Assembly: GCA_938028835.1 (NCBI GenBank)
Contig: CALIMJ010000006.1
Coordinates: 145,710 to 209,709, forward strand
Direction of reading: 5' to 3'
Length of the DNA stretch: 64,000 nt
DNA from: an uncultured bacterium
GTDB taxonomy: Bacteria > Sysuimicrobiota > Sysuimicrobiia > Sysuimicrobiales > Sysuimicrobiaceae
In this document: piece by piece, positions 31,296 to 42,957 of the stretch
Numbering within the stretch: position 1 is the first letter of the stretch
Layout of the letters: every line of letters begins with the position of its first letter
Translations under genes and position numbers: made by a program
Notes under the pieces: model-generated
What the model saw: only the letters and a program-made list of their open reading frames with translations
What the model was told of the DNA's origin: nothing
The model's database searches: none

Positions 31296-32696
31296 GTGGT
31301 GGACGTGACCTGGCTGTGGTGGGTGGTCCTGGCGGTGCTGGCCACCGCCGCCGGGGTGGTGTGGGCGGTCCGGTACACCAAGGTGGGCCCCAACGAGGTG
31401 CTCATCATCTCCGGGCGGCGGCGCACGGTGACGGGTCCGGACGGCCGGCGGCGGACCGTGGGCTACCGGCTGGTGCACGGCGGCGGCACCTTCGTGTGGC
31501 CCATCAAGGAGAAGGTCCAGCGCATGTCGTTGGAGCTCATGACCCTGGAGGTCCGCACCCCGGAGGTGTACACGGTGAACGCCATCCCCGTCACCGTGGA
31601 CGGCGTGGCCCAGGTCAAGATCAAGGGCGACGAGGACAGCATCGCGGTCGCCGCGGAGCAGTTCCTCTCCCGCTCCCGGGACGACGTGATGCGGACGGTA
31701 CTGCAGACCCTGGAGGGCCACATGCGGGCGGTCCTGGGCACCCTCACGGTGGAGGAGATCTACCGCGGCCGCCAGGAGCTGGCGCGCCGCGTCCGGGAGG
31801 CCGCGAGCGAGGACCTGCACAAGATGGGCATGGAGATCGTCTCCCTCACCATCCGCAACGTGACGGACAGCCAGGGCTACCTGGAGGCCCTGGCACGACC
31901 CCGCATCGCCCAGGTGAAGCGGGACGCGGTGAAGGGGGAGGCGGAGGCGGAGAGGGAGGCGCAGCAGGCGCGCTTCCAAGCGGAGACCGCCATCGCGCAG
32001 GCGCAGCGGGACATGGAGCTCAAGAAGGCGGAGTACGAGGCGGAGGTCAAGGCCAAGCGGGCGGAGGCGGACCTGAGCTACGACCTCCACCGCTACCGCA
32101 TCGCCCAGCGGGTGAAAGCGGAGGAGATCCAGGTGGGCATCGTGGAGCGGGAGAAGCTGGTGGAGCTGGAGGAGCGCGAGGTGGCCCGCAAGGAGAAGGA
32201 GCTGCTGGCCACCGTCCTCAAGCCCGCCCAGGTGGAGCGCCAGCGGACGGAAGTGCTGGCGGAGGCGGAACGTTACCGCCTGGAGGCGGAGGGGCTGGGC
32301 CGAGCCGAGGAGATCAAGGCCCAGGGGGCCGCGGAGGCGGAGGTCATCCGCCTGAAGGGCCTGGCGGAAGCGGAGGCCATGCGGAAGAAGGCGGAGTCGT
32401 GGAGCCAGTACAACGAGGCGGCGGTGACGGAGCTCATCGTGCGGGTGCTGCCCGAGCTGGCCCGGGCGGTGTCCGAGCCCCTCGCGAAGACCGAGCGCAT
32501 CGTGGTGGTGAACGCGGACGCCTCCGGCGCCGGGGTGTCCCGGATCCCCGCGGACGTGGCCCGGGTGGTGGCCCAGCTGCCGACCCTGGTGGAGTCCCTC
32601 ACCGGGGTGAAGCTGGAGCAGCTGCTGGAGCGGGTCCCCGACCTCCACCGCGCGCAGCCCGCATCCGAACCTGCGTCCGCCGCACCGCAGTCGTAA
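31296..32696 (+). CDS. floT: Flotillin (SPFH/band-7 domain)
   Basis: N-terminal TM, an SPFH domain, then a long Ala/Glu-rich coiled-coil '[46 protein letters not shown]'. Confidence 0.88.
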   Translation: MVDVTWLWWVVLAVLATAAGVVWAVRYTKVGPNEVLIISGRRRTVTGPDGRRRTVGYRLVHGGGTFVWPIKEKVQRMSLELMTLEVRTPEVYTVNAIPVTVDGVAQVKIKGDEDSIAVAAEQFLSRSRDDVMRTVLQTLEGHMRAVLGTLTVEEIYRGRQELARRVREAASEDLHKMGMEIVSLTIRNVTDSQGYLEALARPRIAQVKRDAVKGEAEAEREAQQARFQAETAIAQAQRDMELKKAEYEAEVKAKRAEADLSYDLHRYRIAQRVKAEEIQVGIVEREKLVELEEREVARKEKELLATVLKPAQVERQRTEVLAEAERYRLEAEGLGRAEEIKAQGAAEAEVIRLKGLAEAEAMRKKAESWSQYNEAAVTELIVRVLPELARAVSEPLAKTERIVVVNADASGAGVSRIPADVARVVAQLPTLVESLTGVKLEQLLERVPDLHRAQPASEPASAAPQS

Positions 32697-32706
32697 GGAG
32701 GGCGCC

Positions 32707-34161
32707 ATGGCGGTGGTCCGTCAACGAGTCCGCGAGCAGCCGGTCGCCACCCCGGAGGACGTGCTGGAGCTGTGCGAGCGCCGCGGGATCCAGATGGTGG
32801 ACCTGCGGTTCACGGACCTGGTGGGCGGTTGGCAGCACTTCTCCGTGCCCGTGGAGGAGCTCTCGGAGGACCTGTTCGTGGAGGGGGTGGGCTTCGACGG
32901 CAGCAGCATCCGAGGGTTCCAGGACATCCACGAGAGCGACATGATCCTCCTCCCCGATCCGCGGACCGCCCGGGTGGACCCCATGACCCAGACCCCCACC
33001 CTGATCCTGGTCTGCGACGTGTACGACCCCGTGACCCGGGAGCGCTACAGCCGAGACCCGCGGGGGGTGGCCCAGCGGGCGGAGGACTACCTGGTGCGCA
33101 CCGGCATCGCCACCACCAGCTACTGGGGCCCCGAGGCGGAGTTCTTCGTGTTCGACGACGTGCGGTTCGACCAGAACGTCCACTGCGGGTACTACTTCGT
33201 GGACTCCGCAGAGGGCGCGTGGAACACCGGGCGGGACGAACGCCCCAACCTGGGCTATAAGCCCCGGTACAAGGAGGGCTACTTCCCCGTCCCGCCCACG
33301 GACAGCCTGCAGGAGTTCCGGTCCCAGCTGGTGCGGAAGATGCGGGAGGCCGGAGTGGAGGTGGAGGTCCACCACCACGAGGTGGCCACCGCGGGACAGT
33401 GCGAGATCGACCTGCGCTTTTCGACCCTCACGGACATGGCGGACCGGGTCCAGGTGTACAAGTACCTGGTGAAGACCTTCGCCCGCGAGCACCTGAAGAC
33501 CGCCACCTTCATGCCCAAGCCCCTGTTCGGCGACAACGGGAGCGGCATGCACACCCACCAGAGCCTGTGGTACGAGGGGCGCAACCTGTTCTACGACCCC
33601 CGCGGCTACGCGCAGCTCAGCGAGCTGGCCCTGTACTACATCGGCGGCCTGCTGAGGCACTCCCCCGCCCTGCTGGCCTTCTGCGCCCCCACCACCAACT
33701 CCTACCGCCGGCTGGTGCCGGGCTATGAGGCCCCCGTCAACCTCGTCTACTCGCAGCGGAACCGGAGCGCCGCCATCCGGATCCCCGTGTACTCCACCCA
33801 CCCCAAGTCCAAGCGGGTGGAGTACCGGCCCCCGGACCCCAGCTGCAACCCGTACCTCGCGTTCGCGGCCATGCTCATGGCAGGGCTCGACGGCATCCTC
33901 AACCGCATCGACCCCGGTCCCCCCATGGACGTGGACCTGTACGAGCTCTCTCCTGAGGAGGCCCGGCACGTGCGGCAGGTGCCCGGGTCCCTCGAAGAGT
34001 CGTTGCGGGCCCTCGAAGAGGACCACGAGTTCCTCCTGCGGGGAGGGGTGTTCACGGAGGACCTCATCGAGACGTGGATCGCGTACAAGCGCAAGCGGGA
34101 GGTGGACTACATCCGCCTGCGGCCGCACCCGTCGGAGTTCTACCTGTACTACGACGTGTAG
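32707..34161 (+). CDS. glnA: Glutamine synthetase (type I-like)
   Basis: 484 aa with '[16 protein letters not shown]', the catalytic region '[11 protein letters not shown]' and '[13 protein letters not shown]'. It follows amt and flotillin, forming a nitrogen-assimilation neighbourhood. Confidence 0.9.
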   Translation: MAVVRQRVREQPVATPEDVLELCERRGIQMVDLRFTDLVGGWQHFSVPVEELSEDLFVEGVGFDGSSIRGFQDIHESDMILLPDPRTARVDPMTQTPTLILVCDVYDPVTRERYSRDPRGVAQRAEDYLVRTGIATTSYWGPEAEFFVFDDVRFDQNVHCGYYFVDSAEGAWNTGRDERPNLGYKPRYKEGYFPVPPTDSLQEFRSQLVRKMREAGVEVEVHHHEVATAGQCEIDLRFSTLTDMADRVQVYKYLVKTFAREHLKTATFMPKPLFGDNGSGMHTHQSLWYEGRNLFYDPRGYAQLSELALYYIGGLLRHSPALLAFCAPTTNSYRRLVPGYEAPVNLVYSQRNRSAAIRIPVYSTHPKSKRVEYRPPDPSCNPYLAFAAMLMAGLDGILNRIDPGPPMDVDLYELSPEEARHVRQVPGSLEESLRALEEDHEFLLRGGVFTEDLIETWIAYKRKREVDYIRLRPHPSEFYLYYDV

Positions 34162-34858
34162 CCGGAGCGGTCCAGGAGCACCCGCGCGTCCACGGCCCAG
34201 CAGCCGTCGGGGCCCGCCACCACGGGGTTGAGGTCCAGCTCCCGCACGCGGGCTTCGGCCAGGAGGAGCTGTCCGACTCGCACCAGCACGTCCGCCACCG
34301 CCTCGAGGTCCGCGGGCGGCCGGCCCCGCGCCCCCTGTAGCAGCCGGTAGCACGAGGTCTCCTGGATCTGACGCAACGCCTCCGCCCGGTCCAGGGGGGC
34401 CAGGCGGAACGCCACGTCCCGCAGGACCTCCACCAGCACGCCGCCCGAGCCCACCATCACCACGGGACCGAACTGGGGATCCCGCAGCCCTCCCACCACC
34501 ACCTCCGCGGAGCCCCCCACCAGGGGCTGGACCAGCACGCCCTCCCACCGGGCGTGGGGGGCCCGCCGCGCCACCTCCTCCCGAAGCCGGCGGAAGCCTT
34601 CCCGGACCTCCTGCTCGCCCCGCAGGCCCACCAGCACGCCCCCGACGTCCGACTTGTGCAACACGTCCGGGCTGGACACCTTAAGGACCACGGGGTTCCC
34701 TAACCGCAGGGACGCCGCCGCGGCCTCTTCCTCGCTGTTACATAGCTCCCACCGGGGATGCGGGATCCCGTACGCCGCGCACAGCTCGTACGCCTCCCAC
34801 TCCCGCAGGGCGTCCCGCCCTTCCCGGAGCGCCCGCTCCACCACCGGGTGGCTCACGA
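34149..34858 (-). CDS. Acetate--CoA ligase (ADP-forming), beta / ATP-grasp subunit
   Basis: '[14 protein letters not shown]...[19 protein letters not shown]' is an ATP-grasp domain. Its GTG start overlaps the alpha-subunit TGA (GTGA), so the two subunits are separate, translationally coupled genes. Confidence 0.78.
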
Positions 34859-36292
34859 CCGCAGCCGCTCCCGAGCGCGGGCGTACGCCACCATCCGCGC
34901 CAGCACCCGCACCGCCTCCTCGGGGAACTCGAAGGTACACAGACCTCCCTTCTCCAAAAGCCGGCGCGCCGCCAGGGCCGCGTCGCCGAACGTGATCACC
35001 ACCAGGACGGGCTTCCGCCGGCCCTCGGGCTGGTCCCGGTACGCCTCGAGGACGGAGCGAGCCACCTCCTCCTCTTCCAGGAACGCCGGGGGAGGAGTGA
35101 GGAGGACCACCGCGTCCACCCCGTCGTCCTCGAGGAGGATCCGCAGCGCGTCCCCGTGCGTGCGGGCCACCAGCGCGCCGGTCATGTCCACGTAGCCTTC
35201 TGGCTGCCCGACCGCAGCCAGATCCGACAGCACCGCCCGGAGTCTCTCCCGTGTCCGGGGGGAGAAGTGGGCCAAGCGCAGGTGGGACTGCGCGGCCACC
35301 TCGTCCACGCAGATGGTCCCGGGCCCGCCCACCGCGCTCAGGACCGCCACCCGGTCACCCCGGGGCAGGGGTAGCCGTTCGAAGGCCCGGACCACGCCGT
35401 AGAACTCCGACACGGTCCGGGCCCGCACCACGCCCGCCTGCCGGAAGGCGCCCTCGTAGACGGCGTCGGGGCTGGCTACGGAGCCCGTGTGGCTTCGGGC
35501 CGCCCGGGCACCCTGCTCCGTGCGCCCGGGCTTGAGCACCACCACGGGCTTGTCCTGTCCGACCCGCGCGGCGGTCTGGACGAACGCCCGCGCATCTGCC
35601 ACGCCCTCCAGGTAGACGCCCACCACCCGCGTGCACGGGTCGTGGGCGAGGTACGCCAGCAGCTCGGTGAGGGAGACGTCCGCCATGTTGCCCACCGACG
35701 CCAGCTTGCACAGGCCCACCATCTCCAACGGCCGCGCCCACTGGAGGAAGGACATGGCGAAGGCCCCGCTCTGGCTCAGCAGGGAAGCCCCTCCCGCAGG
35801 GTACGGACCCAAATCGAAACTGGTGGTAAGTCCCACGTGGGCGTCCGCCACACCCACGCAGTTGGGCCCCACCAGCCGGATGCCCGCGGTGCGGAGCGTG
35901 CGGACCAGCTGGTCCTGCAGCTGCCGCCCCGCGTCCCCCACCTCCGCGAAGCCACCCGAGACCACCACCGCCGCAGCGGCGTCCCCCCGCTGCTGCCTGC
36001 GGGCCGCCAGCTGGGCGGCCACCACCAGGCACGCGGGTGCTGGGACCACCACCACCGCAAGGTCCACCGGGCCGGGTACCTGCAGAATGCTCGGGTAACA
36101 GGGCAGCCCCAGCACCTCGGTGGCGCGCGGGTTCACGGGGTAAATACCGCCCGCGTAGTGGGTCCGCTGCAGCTGGGCTACGACCTGGTGGCCGGGACCC
36201 CCGGGCTCTGCGGAGGCTCCCACCACCGCCACGCCCCGCGGCGCGAAGAAAGCATCCAGCCCCTCGGGTGCTGGCCGGTGCGCGTGCGCCAT
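34853..36292 (-). CDS. Acetate--CoA ligase (ADP-forming), alpha subunit (CoA-binding + ligase-CoA domains)
   Basis: 'PRGVAVVGASAEPGGPGHQVV' (CoA-binding), 'LVGPNCVGV', a His-loop region 'SQSGAFA', then a SucD-like flavodoxin-fold domain. Confidence 0.82.
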   Translation of the reverse strand: MAHAHRPAPEGLDAFFAPRGVAVVGASAEPGGPGHQVVAQLQRTHYAGGIYPVNPRATEVLGLPCYPSILQVPGPVDLAVVVVPAPACLVVAAQLAARRQQRGDAAAAVVVSGGFAEVGDAGRQLQDQLVRTLRTAGIRLVGPNCVGVADAHVGLTTSFDLGPYPAGGASLLSQSGAFAMSFLQWARPLEMVGLCKLASVGNMADVSLTELLAYLAHDPCTRVVGVYLEGVADARAFVQTAARVGQDKPVVVLKPGRTEQGARAARSHTGSVASPDAVYEGAFRQAGVVRARTVSEFYGVVRAFERLPLPRGDRVAVLSAVGGPGTICVDEVAAQSHLRLAHFSPRTRERLRAVLSDLAAVGQPEGYVDMTGALVARTHGDALRILLEDDGVDAVVLLTPPPAFLEEEEVARSVLEAYRDQPEGRRKPVLVVITFGDAALAARRLLEKGGLCTFEFPEEAVRVLARMVAYARARERLRS

Positions 36293-36299
36293 CGGGCGG

Positions 36300-37454
36300 T
36301 CAGCTCACCCGCTCCACCACGGTGGCCGTGGCCATCCCGTGGCCGATGCACATCACCTGCAGCCCGAACTGTCCATCGCGGCGCTCCAGCTCATCCACCA
36401 GCTTGGCCATGAGGACCGCCCCCGTGGCCCCCAGGGGGTGGCCGTGCGCGATGGCTCCGCCGTTGGGGTTCACCCGCTCCAGGTCCGGCTCCAGCTCCCG
36501 GGTCCAGCCCAGCACCACGCTGGCGAACGCCTCGTTGATCTCCACCACGTCCACGTCCTTCAGGCTCAGGCGGGCGCGTTCTAGCGCCGCCCGGGTGGCG
36601 GGTACGACCTCCATCAGCTGCAGGGTCGGGTCACCCGCCACCACCACCCGCGCCCGGAACCGCGCCCGTACCCGGAGGCCGTGGGCCCGCGCGAACTCCC
36701 GGTCCGCCACCAGGACCGCGGCCGCGCCGTCCGAGATCTGGGAACTGTTCCCGGCGGTCACCCGCCCGTCGGGCCGGAACACCGGAGGAAGCTGCAGCAT
36801 GCGCTCCAGGGACGGCTCGAACCGGATCCCCTCGTCGTGCTCCACCCGCACAGGCCGCCCCTCGGAGTCCTGCCCTTCCACGGGGACCAGCTGCTGGCGG
36901 AACCGCCCCTCCCGGGTGGCCCGCGCGGCCCGCACGTGGCTGCTGTAGCTGAACTCGTCCAGCTCCCGACGCGACAGCCCGTACCGGTCCGCGATGCGCT
37001 CCGCGGACTCGCCCTGGTGGACCAGCTCGTACTTCTCCTGGGCCGCGGGGCTGAGATTCCGCAGGTCCCCGATATCCAGGAACATGGGGACCCGGGTCAT
37101 GGACTCCACCCCGCCCGCGATCACCACCCGGGCGTCCCCGGCGGCGATGGCCTGCGCGGCGAAGTGCACCGCCTGCTGGCTGCTCCCGCACATCCGGCTC
37201 AGGGTGACCGCAGGGACCCGGTGGCCCAGGGAGGAACACAGGACCGCCAGCCGCCCCACGTTCATGCCCTGCTCCCCGGCCTGGGTGACGCAGCCCGTGA
37301 TGACGTCGTCCACGCACTCCGGCGGGATCCCGTTGCGCTGCAGCAGGGCGTCCAGCACCGTGGCGTACAGCACCTCGGGCCGTACCGCCCGCAGAAGTCC
37401 GCCCCGCTTGCCGATGGGCGTGCGGAGTGCGTCCACGATCACCGGCTCGCCCAC
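36300..37454 (-). CDS. Acetyl-CoA C-acetyltransferase (thiolase II)
   Basis: 384 aa with 'RMCGSSQQAV' (active-site Cys), 'NPNGGAIAHGHPLGATG' and 'CIGHGMATA'. Confidence 0.9.
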   Translation of the reverse strand: MGEPVIVDALRTPIGKRGGLLRAVRPEVLYATVLDALLQRNGIPPECVDDVITGCVTQAGEQGMNVGRLAVLCSSLGHRVPAVTLSRMCGSSQQAVHFAAQAIAAGDARVVIAGGVESMTRVPMFLDIGDLRNLSPAAQEKYELVHQGESAERIADRYGLSRRELDEFSYSSHVRAARATREGRFRQQLVPVEGQDSEGRPVRVEHDEGIRFEPSLERMLQLPPVFRPDGRVTAGNSSQISDGAAAVLVADREFARAHGLRVRARFRARVVVAGDPTLQLMEVVPATRAALERARLSLKDVDVVEINEAFASVVLGWTRELEPDLERVNPNGGAIAHGHPLGATGAVLMAKLVDELERRDGQFGLQVMCIGHGMATATVVERVS

Positions 37455-37721
37455 ATCCCACCTCCTGAGCCCGCTCCTCCCCAGGATACGGAACCCGCCC
37501 GCCGCAGGCCAGTCCCGCGCCGTGGCGGCGTCGCGGTAGGCTTTTGACCGAGGTGGCCGGCGGAGTCTCTGGGTTCGCCGGGTTCCTGGCGAACCTGGAG
37601 TTCCCGGCTCCTGGGCTGCTAGCGTGGCCCGTGGCAGCTCTGGAGTTCTCCGGGCGCCTGGCGTTGATCCCGGGTCTTCGAACTCAGCCCTGGCGCAAGC
37701 CCCGGGACAGGTGACATCAGG

Positions 37722-38035
37722 TCACGGTGTCGCCTCCGCGGCGGAGTCCAGAATCAGCTCGTAACGCTCCAGTTTCGAGGGCCCTCGGAAGGCCTCCCGG
37801 GGGAGGGTGTCGGGCCGCGCATGCCCCCGCTGGAACGCCTCCGAGCGGGTCCACGCCTCGAAAGCCTCCCGAGTCTCCCACACGGTGAGGACCACGTAGG
37901 GATCCTCCGGGTCCACCGGCCGCAACACCCAGTTCCGCACGAAGCCCGGCATGCGATCCACCTCCCGGGCCCGGGAGCGGAAGCGCTCCTCGAACGCCTC
38001 CTGGAACCCCGGGCTCACCGGGATCCGGTTCATCA
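37722..38035 (-). CDS. ABM-fold antibiotic-biosynthesis-monooxygenase-like protein
   Basis: About 104 aa reading 'MNRIPVSPGFQEAFEERF...VVLTVWETREAFEAWTRSEAFQ', a ferredoxin-like ABM domain. Confidence 0.65.
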
Positions 38036-38056
38036 CCACGAACACGCCACACCTCC

Positions 38057-39805
<1,749 letters not shown>

Positions 39806-39837
39806 GGTCCCCTCCGACGTGCGTGGGAGAGTTGAGC

Positions 39838-41790
39838 CTACAGACGGAGCCGACCCTGGGGGAGGTGCACGCCCAGCACGGAGGCCAGCAGCTCCAGGCC
39901 CGCCACCATCAGCGCGGCGTAGGCGACCGCTGTCGGCCAGCGGACTCGGGCCACGCCCACCAGAACCCACAGGCTCCACAGCACGGACGCCCACCGCAGG
40001 CCCACAAACCACGTGGCAGCCACGTAGAGCGCCAGGCTCGCCAGGTACGCGGCGCCCCGGCGCACGCGCTCCCGTACCGCGTGGGGTTCGGCCTCCACCT
40101 CGTCCTCGTCCGTCAGGGGACTGCTGCGGCCCCGCAGCTCCCGGACCAGCTGCACCGCGGTCAGCACCGTACCCGCTGCGGCCACGGACACGGGCATCAG
40201 GGCGGCGTTCGCCAAGAACCCCCGCGCGGTCCACCAGGCGTACCCGAACACCCCCAGTACCGCCGCGGTCGCCACCGCCGATGCTCCGATCGGCTGGCGG
40301 GCTGCCTCTGGCTCGGTCCGGGTCCGCTGGCGCAGCCACCGGAAGGCGCCCCACGCAAACGGGGCCACGACCAGCAGGCCGATCACCACGACCCCGGGCC
40401 GCAACAGCCAGTCCTCCGGCCGCGGGTACAGGTTCACCGTGAGGAAGTAGTAGCGTTCCAGCGGGTTGCTGAGGACGAACCCGATGAGCAGCGGGCCGCG
40501 CGGCCAGCCCGTGACCTTCAGCGCGTAGCCCGCCACCCCGAGGGCCACCAGGGAGACCAGGTCCCCGAAGTGCTGCGTCTCCTGGAAGGCAGCGAGGACC
40601 ATGGCCAGGACGATGGGCGGTGCGATGCGGTTGAACGGCACGTACGTGAGGCGGGCCAGCAGGGGGCTGGCGGCGAACATCACGCCGGCCCCCAGCACGT
40701 TGGCCAGCGCGAAAGACCACACCACGGTGTAGATGAGGTCCAGGTGCTGGGTGACGATGCGGGGTCCCGGCAGGATCCCGTACGCCAGCAGGGCGCCCAG
40801 GATCATGGCCGAGGGCGCCCCGCCGGGGACGCCGAACAGGAGGGTGGGCACCAGGTCCCCGGCCTCCACCGCGTTGTTGGCGGCCTCCGGGGCGATGATG
40901 CCGCGCACATCCCCCTTGCCGAAGCGCGACCGGTCGCGGCTAGTGGCCACTGCGTGGCCGTAGGCCATCAGGGTACCCGCGGTGGCCCCGATGGCGGGCA
41001 GCACCCCGGCCCACATGCCGATGAGCGCCCCCCGGATCACCAGCCACCTGTGCCGCCACACGTCCAGCGCGCCCTCCCACCACCCGCGGCCCAGCTCCGT
41101 CCGCTGCGCCACCGCGCCACCCCGGGCCAGCAGGGACACCACCTCCGCCACCCCGAACAGGCCCAGGGCCACCAGGGCCAGGTCGATCCCGTCGGTGAGG
41201 TAGACCTGACCGAAGGCGAAGCGGACCTCCGCGGCCGCGGGCGCGGGCCCCACGGTACCCAGCAGCAGACCCAGCAGGCCCGCACTGAGTCCCTTCAGGG
41301 GTTCCCGACCCAGCAGGCTACCTGCGAAGGAAACTCCCAGCACGGTCAGCATGAACAGCTCCGGGGACCCGAAGGAGAGCACCAGCGGCCGCGCGAGGGG
41401 GATGGACAGCGTCAGACCCAGGGCCCCGATGATCCCGCCCACCAGACTGGACAGGTAGGCCGCCGCCAGCGCCCGTGCTGCCTCCCCGCGGCGGGCCATG
41501 GGGTGACCCTCGATCATGGTGGGAACCGCGGCCGCGGAACCCGGCGCGCCGATCAACACCGACGTGATGGTGTCGGAGGTGTGAACCACCGCGAGGGCAC
41601 CCGTCACCATGGCCAGGGCCGCCGCGGGTTCCAGCTTCAGCATGAAGGGCAGCAGGATGGCCGCGGCCACGATCCCGCCCATGCCCGGCAGGATCCCGAT
41701 CAGCAGACCCACCCCGCTGCCCAGGGCCAGCATCCCGAGCCGCGTGGGGTTCAGGAACAGCCCCGCTGCCGCGCTCAGCGCTTCCGCCAT
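39838..41790 (-). CDS. tctA: Tripartite tricarboxylate transporter permease TctA with C-terminal TctB-like extension
   Basis: A 650-aa ORF. The first 500 aa or so are TctA-like ('LGSGVGLLIGILPGMGGIVAAAILLPF'). The last 150 aa or so form four hydrophobic segments resembling a fused TctB. Confidence 0.75.
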   Translation of the reverse strand: MAEALSAAAGLFLNPTRLGMLALGSGVGLLIGILPGMGGIVAAAILLPFMLKLEPAAALAMVTGALAVVHTSDTITSVLIGAPGSAAAVPTMIEGHPMARRGEAARALAAAYLSSLVGGIIGALGLTLSIPLARPLVLSFGSPELFMLTVLGVSFAGSLLGREPLKGLSAGLLGLLLGTVGPAPAAAEVRFAFGQVYLTDGIDLALVALGLFGVAEVVSLLARGGAVAQRTELGRGWWEGALDVWRHRWLVIRGALIGMWAGVLPAIGATAGTLMAYGHAVATSRDRSRFGKGDVRGIIAPEAANNAVEAGDLVPTLLFGVPGGAPSAMILGALLAYGILPGPRIVTQHLDLIYTVVWSFALANVLGAGVMFAASPLLARLTYVPFNRIAPPIVLAMVLAAFQETQHFGDLVSLVALGVAGYALKVTGWPRGPLLIGFVLSNPLERYYFLTVNLYPRPEDWLLRPGVVVIGLLVVAPFAWGAFRWLRQRTRTEPEAARQPIGASAVATAAVLGVFGYAWWTARGFLANAALMPVSVAAAGTVLTAVQLVRELRGRSSPLTDEDEVEAEPHAVRERVRRGAAYLASLALYVAATWFVGLRWASVLWSLWVLVGVARVRWPTAVAYAALMVAGLELLASVLGVHLPQGRLRL

Positions 41791-41861
41791 CGTCGCTGCC
41801 CGAAAAAGGGCACTCCCCCGCGGGCCCGTCGCGGGCCCCGCGGGGGAGCCCCTTCACGTCC

Positions 41862-42938
41862 CTACAGCCGCACCTGGTACTTGCTCCGCAGAAGGTCGGT
41901 GATGTACTTCTTGACGTCCAGGGTCACCCGGGTGGCCCGAAGCACCGCGGGTTTGGCCAGGTCCCCTCGCAGCACCTCGTAGCCCTCCAGTACCTGCCTG
42001 CCCTGCTCCCGGAACTGGGGGTCTGTCTTCATGCGCTCCACCGCGGTCCGCAGGGCCTGCAGCGCCTCCGGCGGCGTCCCGCCCGGCGCCCACATGGCTT
42101 TCTGGAAGGTGAACGCCGCGGCCACCATGCTCTGGTAGGCCTTCCACCGCAGCAGGCCGTCCGGCTTGCGCTTGAACAGGGCCTGGTACGCCTCGTACGC
42201 GCTGGGCAGGTCCGGAGCGCTGGGGTCCCGCACCATCACCCCTTTTTCGTTCACAAACCCCATGGACAGGATCGGGATGGCCTTCCCCTCCCGAACGAGG
42301 GGGACCACCTGGGACAGGTAGGCTGGTGTGGTCTGGTAGTCGATGTTGGTCTCCCCGCGCTCGAAGGCCAACCGCGCGGGACCCCGGCCCTCGAACCCCA
42401 TCACCACCCGCACGTCCAGCCCCAGGACCTCAAACAGCAGGAGGGTCACCAGGTCCAACCCCGTGGCGCTGATCCCGCCGTAGACCAGCCGCTCCGCGGG
42501 CCGCGCCAGGTCTTCGGGCTTCCGGACGCCGGTGCGCGGGGACACGTACAGCACCCCGCCGACCCCGTTCACCTTGATGAGTTCCCACCTCGCGGGGTCG
42601 TAGCGGACCTGCGGGACCCCCAGGATGTACGGGATCATGGTGGATCCGGAGGTCACCAGCAGCTGCGTGCCGTCCGGGCGCGCGTTCTCCGCGAAGAAGT
42701 TGGCGCCGAGGATGCTGCCTCCCCCCGGCATGTTCCGGACGATCACCCGCGGGTTGCCCGGCACGTACTTCTCCAAAAACGGGGCGAAGAACCGGGCGTC
42801 GATGTCGCTGCCTCCGCCCGGGGCGAAGGGTACGATGATCTCGACCGTCTTGCCCGCGTAGTACGGCTGCTGGCCGGAGGCGGGCAGGGCACCGAGCGCT
42901 GCCACCAACACCAGGACCCACAGGAGTCTGCTCATCAT
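41862..42938 (-). CDS. tctC: Tripartite tricarboxylate transporter substrate-binding protein (TctC / Bug family)
   Basis: Signal peptide 'MMSRLLWVLVLVAALGALPASG' and the Bug-family core 'VVPFAPGGGSDIDARF'. Confidence 0.82.
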   Translation of the reverse strand: MMSRLLWVLVLVAALGALPASGQQPYYAGKTVEIIVPFAPGGGSDIDARFFAPFLEKYVPGNPRVIVRNMPGGGSILGANFFAENARPDGTQLLVTSGSTMIPYILGVPQVRYDPARWELIKVNGVGGVLYVSPRTGVRKPEDLARPAERLVYGGISATGLDLVTLLLFEVLGLDVRVVMGFEGRGPARLAFERGETNIDYQTTPAYLSQVVPLVREGKAIPILSMGFVNEKGVMVRDPSAPDLPSAYEAYQALFKRKPDGLLRWKAYQSMVAAAFTFQKAMWAPGGTPPEALQALRTAVERMKTDPQFREQGRQVLEGYEVLRGDLAKPAVLRATRVTLDVKKYITDLLRSKYQVRL

Positions 42939-42957
42939 CCCAGCACCCCCTTTCGGG

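Noticed and set aside
34149-36292. Possible frameshift fusing the acetyl-CoA synthetase alpha and beta ORFs (the two ORFs overlap by about 88 nt in different frames)
   Set aside because: The DNA shows the alpha stop TGA and a beta GTG start sharing the tetranucleotide GTGA (about 34853-34858). This is normal translational coupling of two separate subunit genes. The long beta N-extension in the ORF track is spurious.
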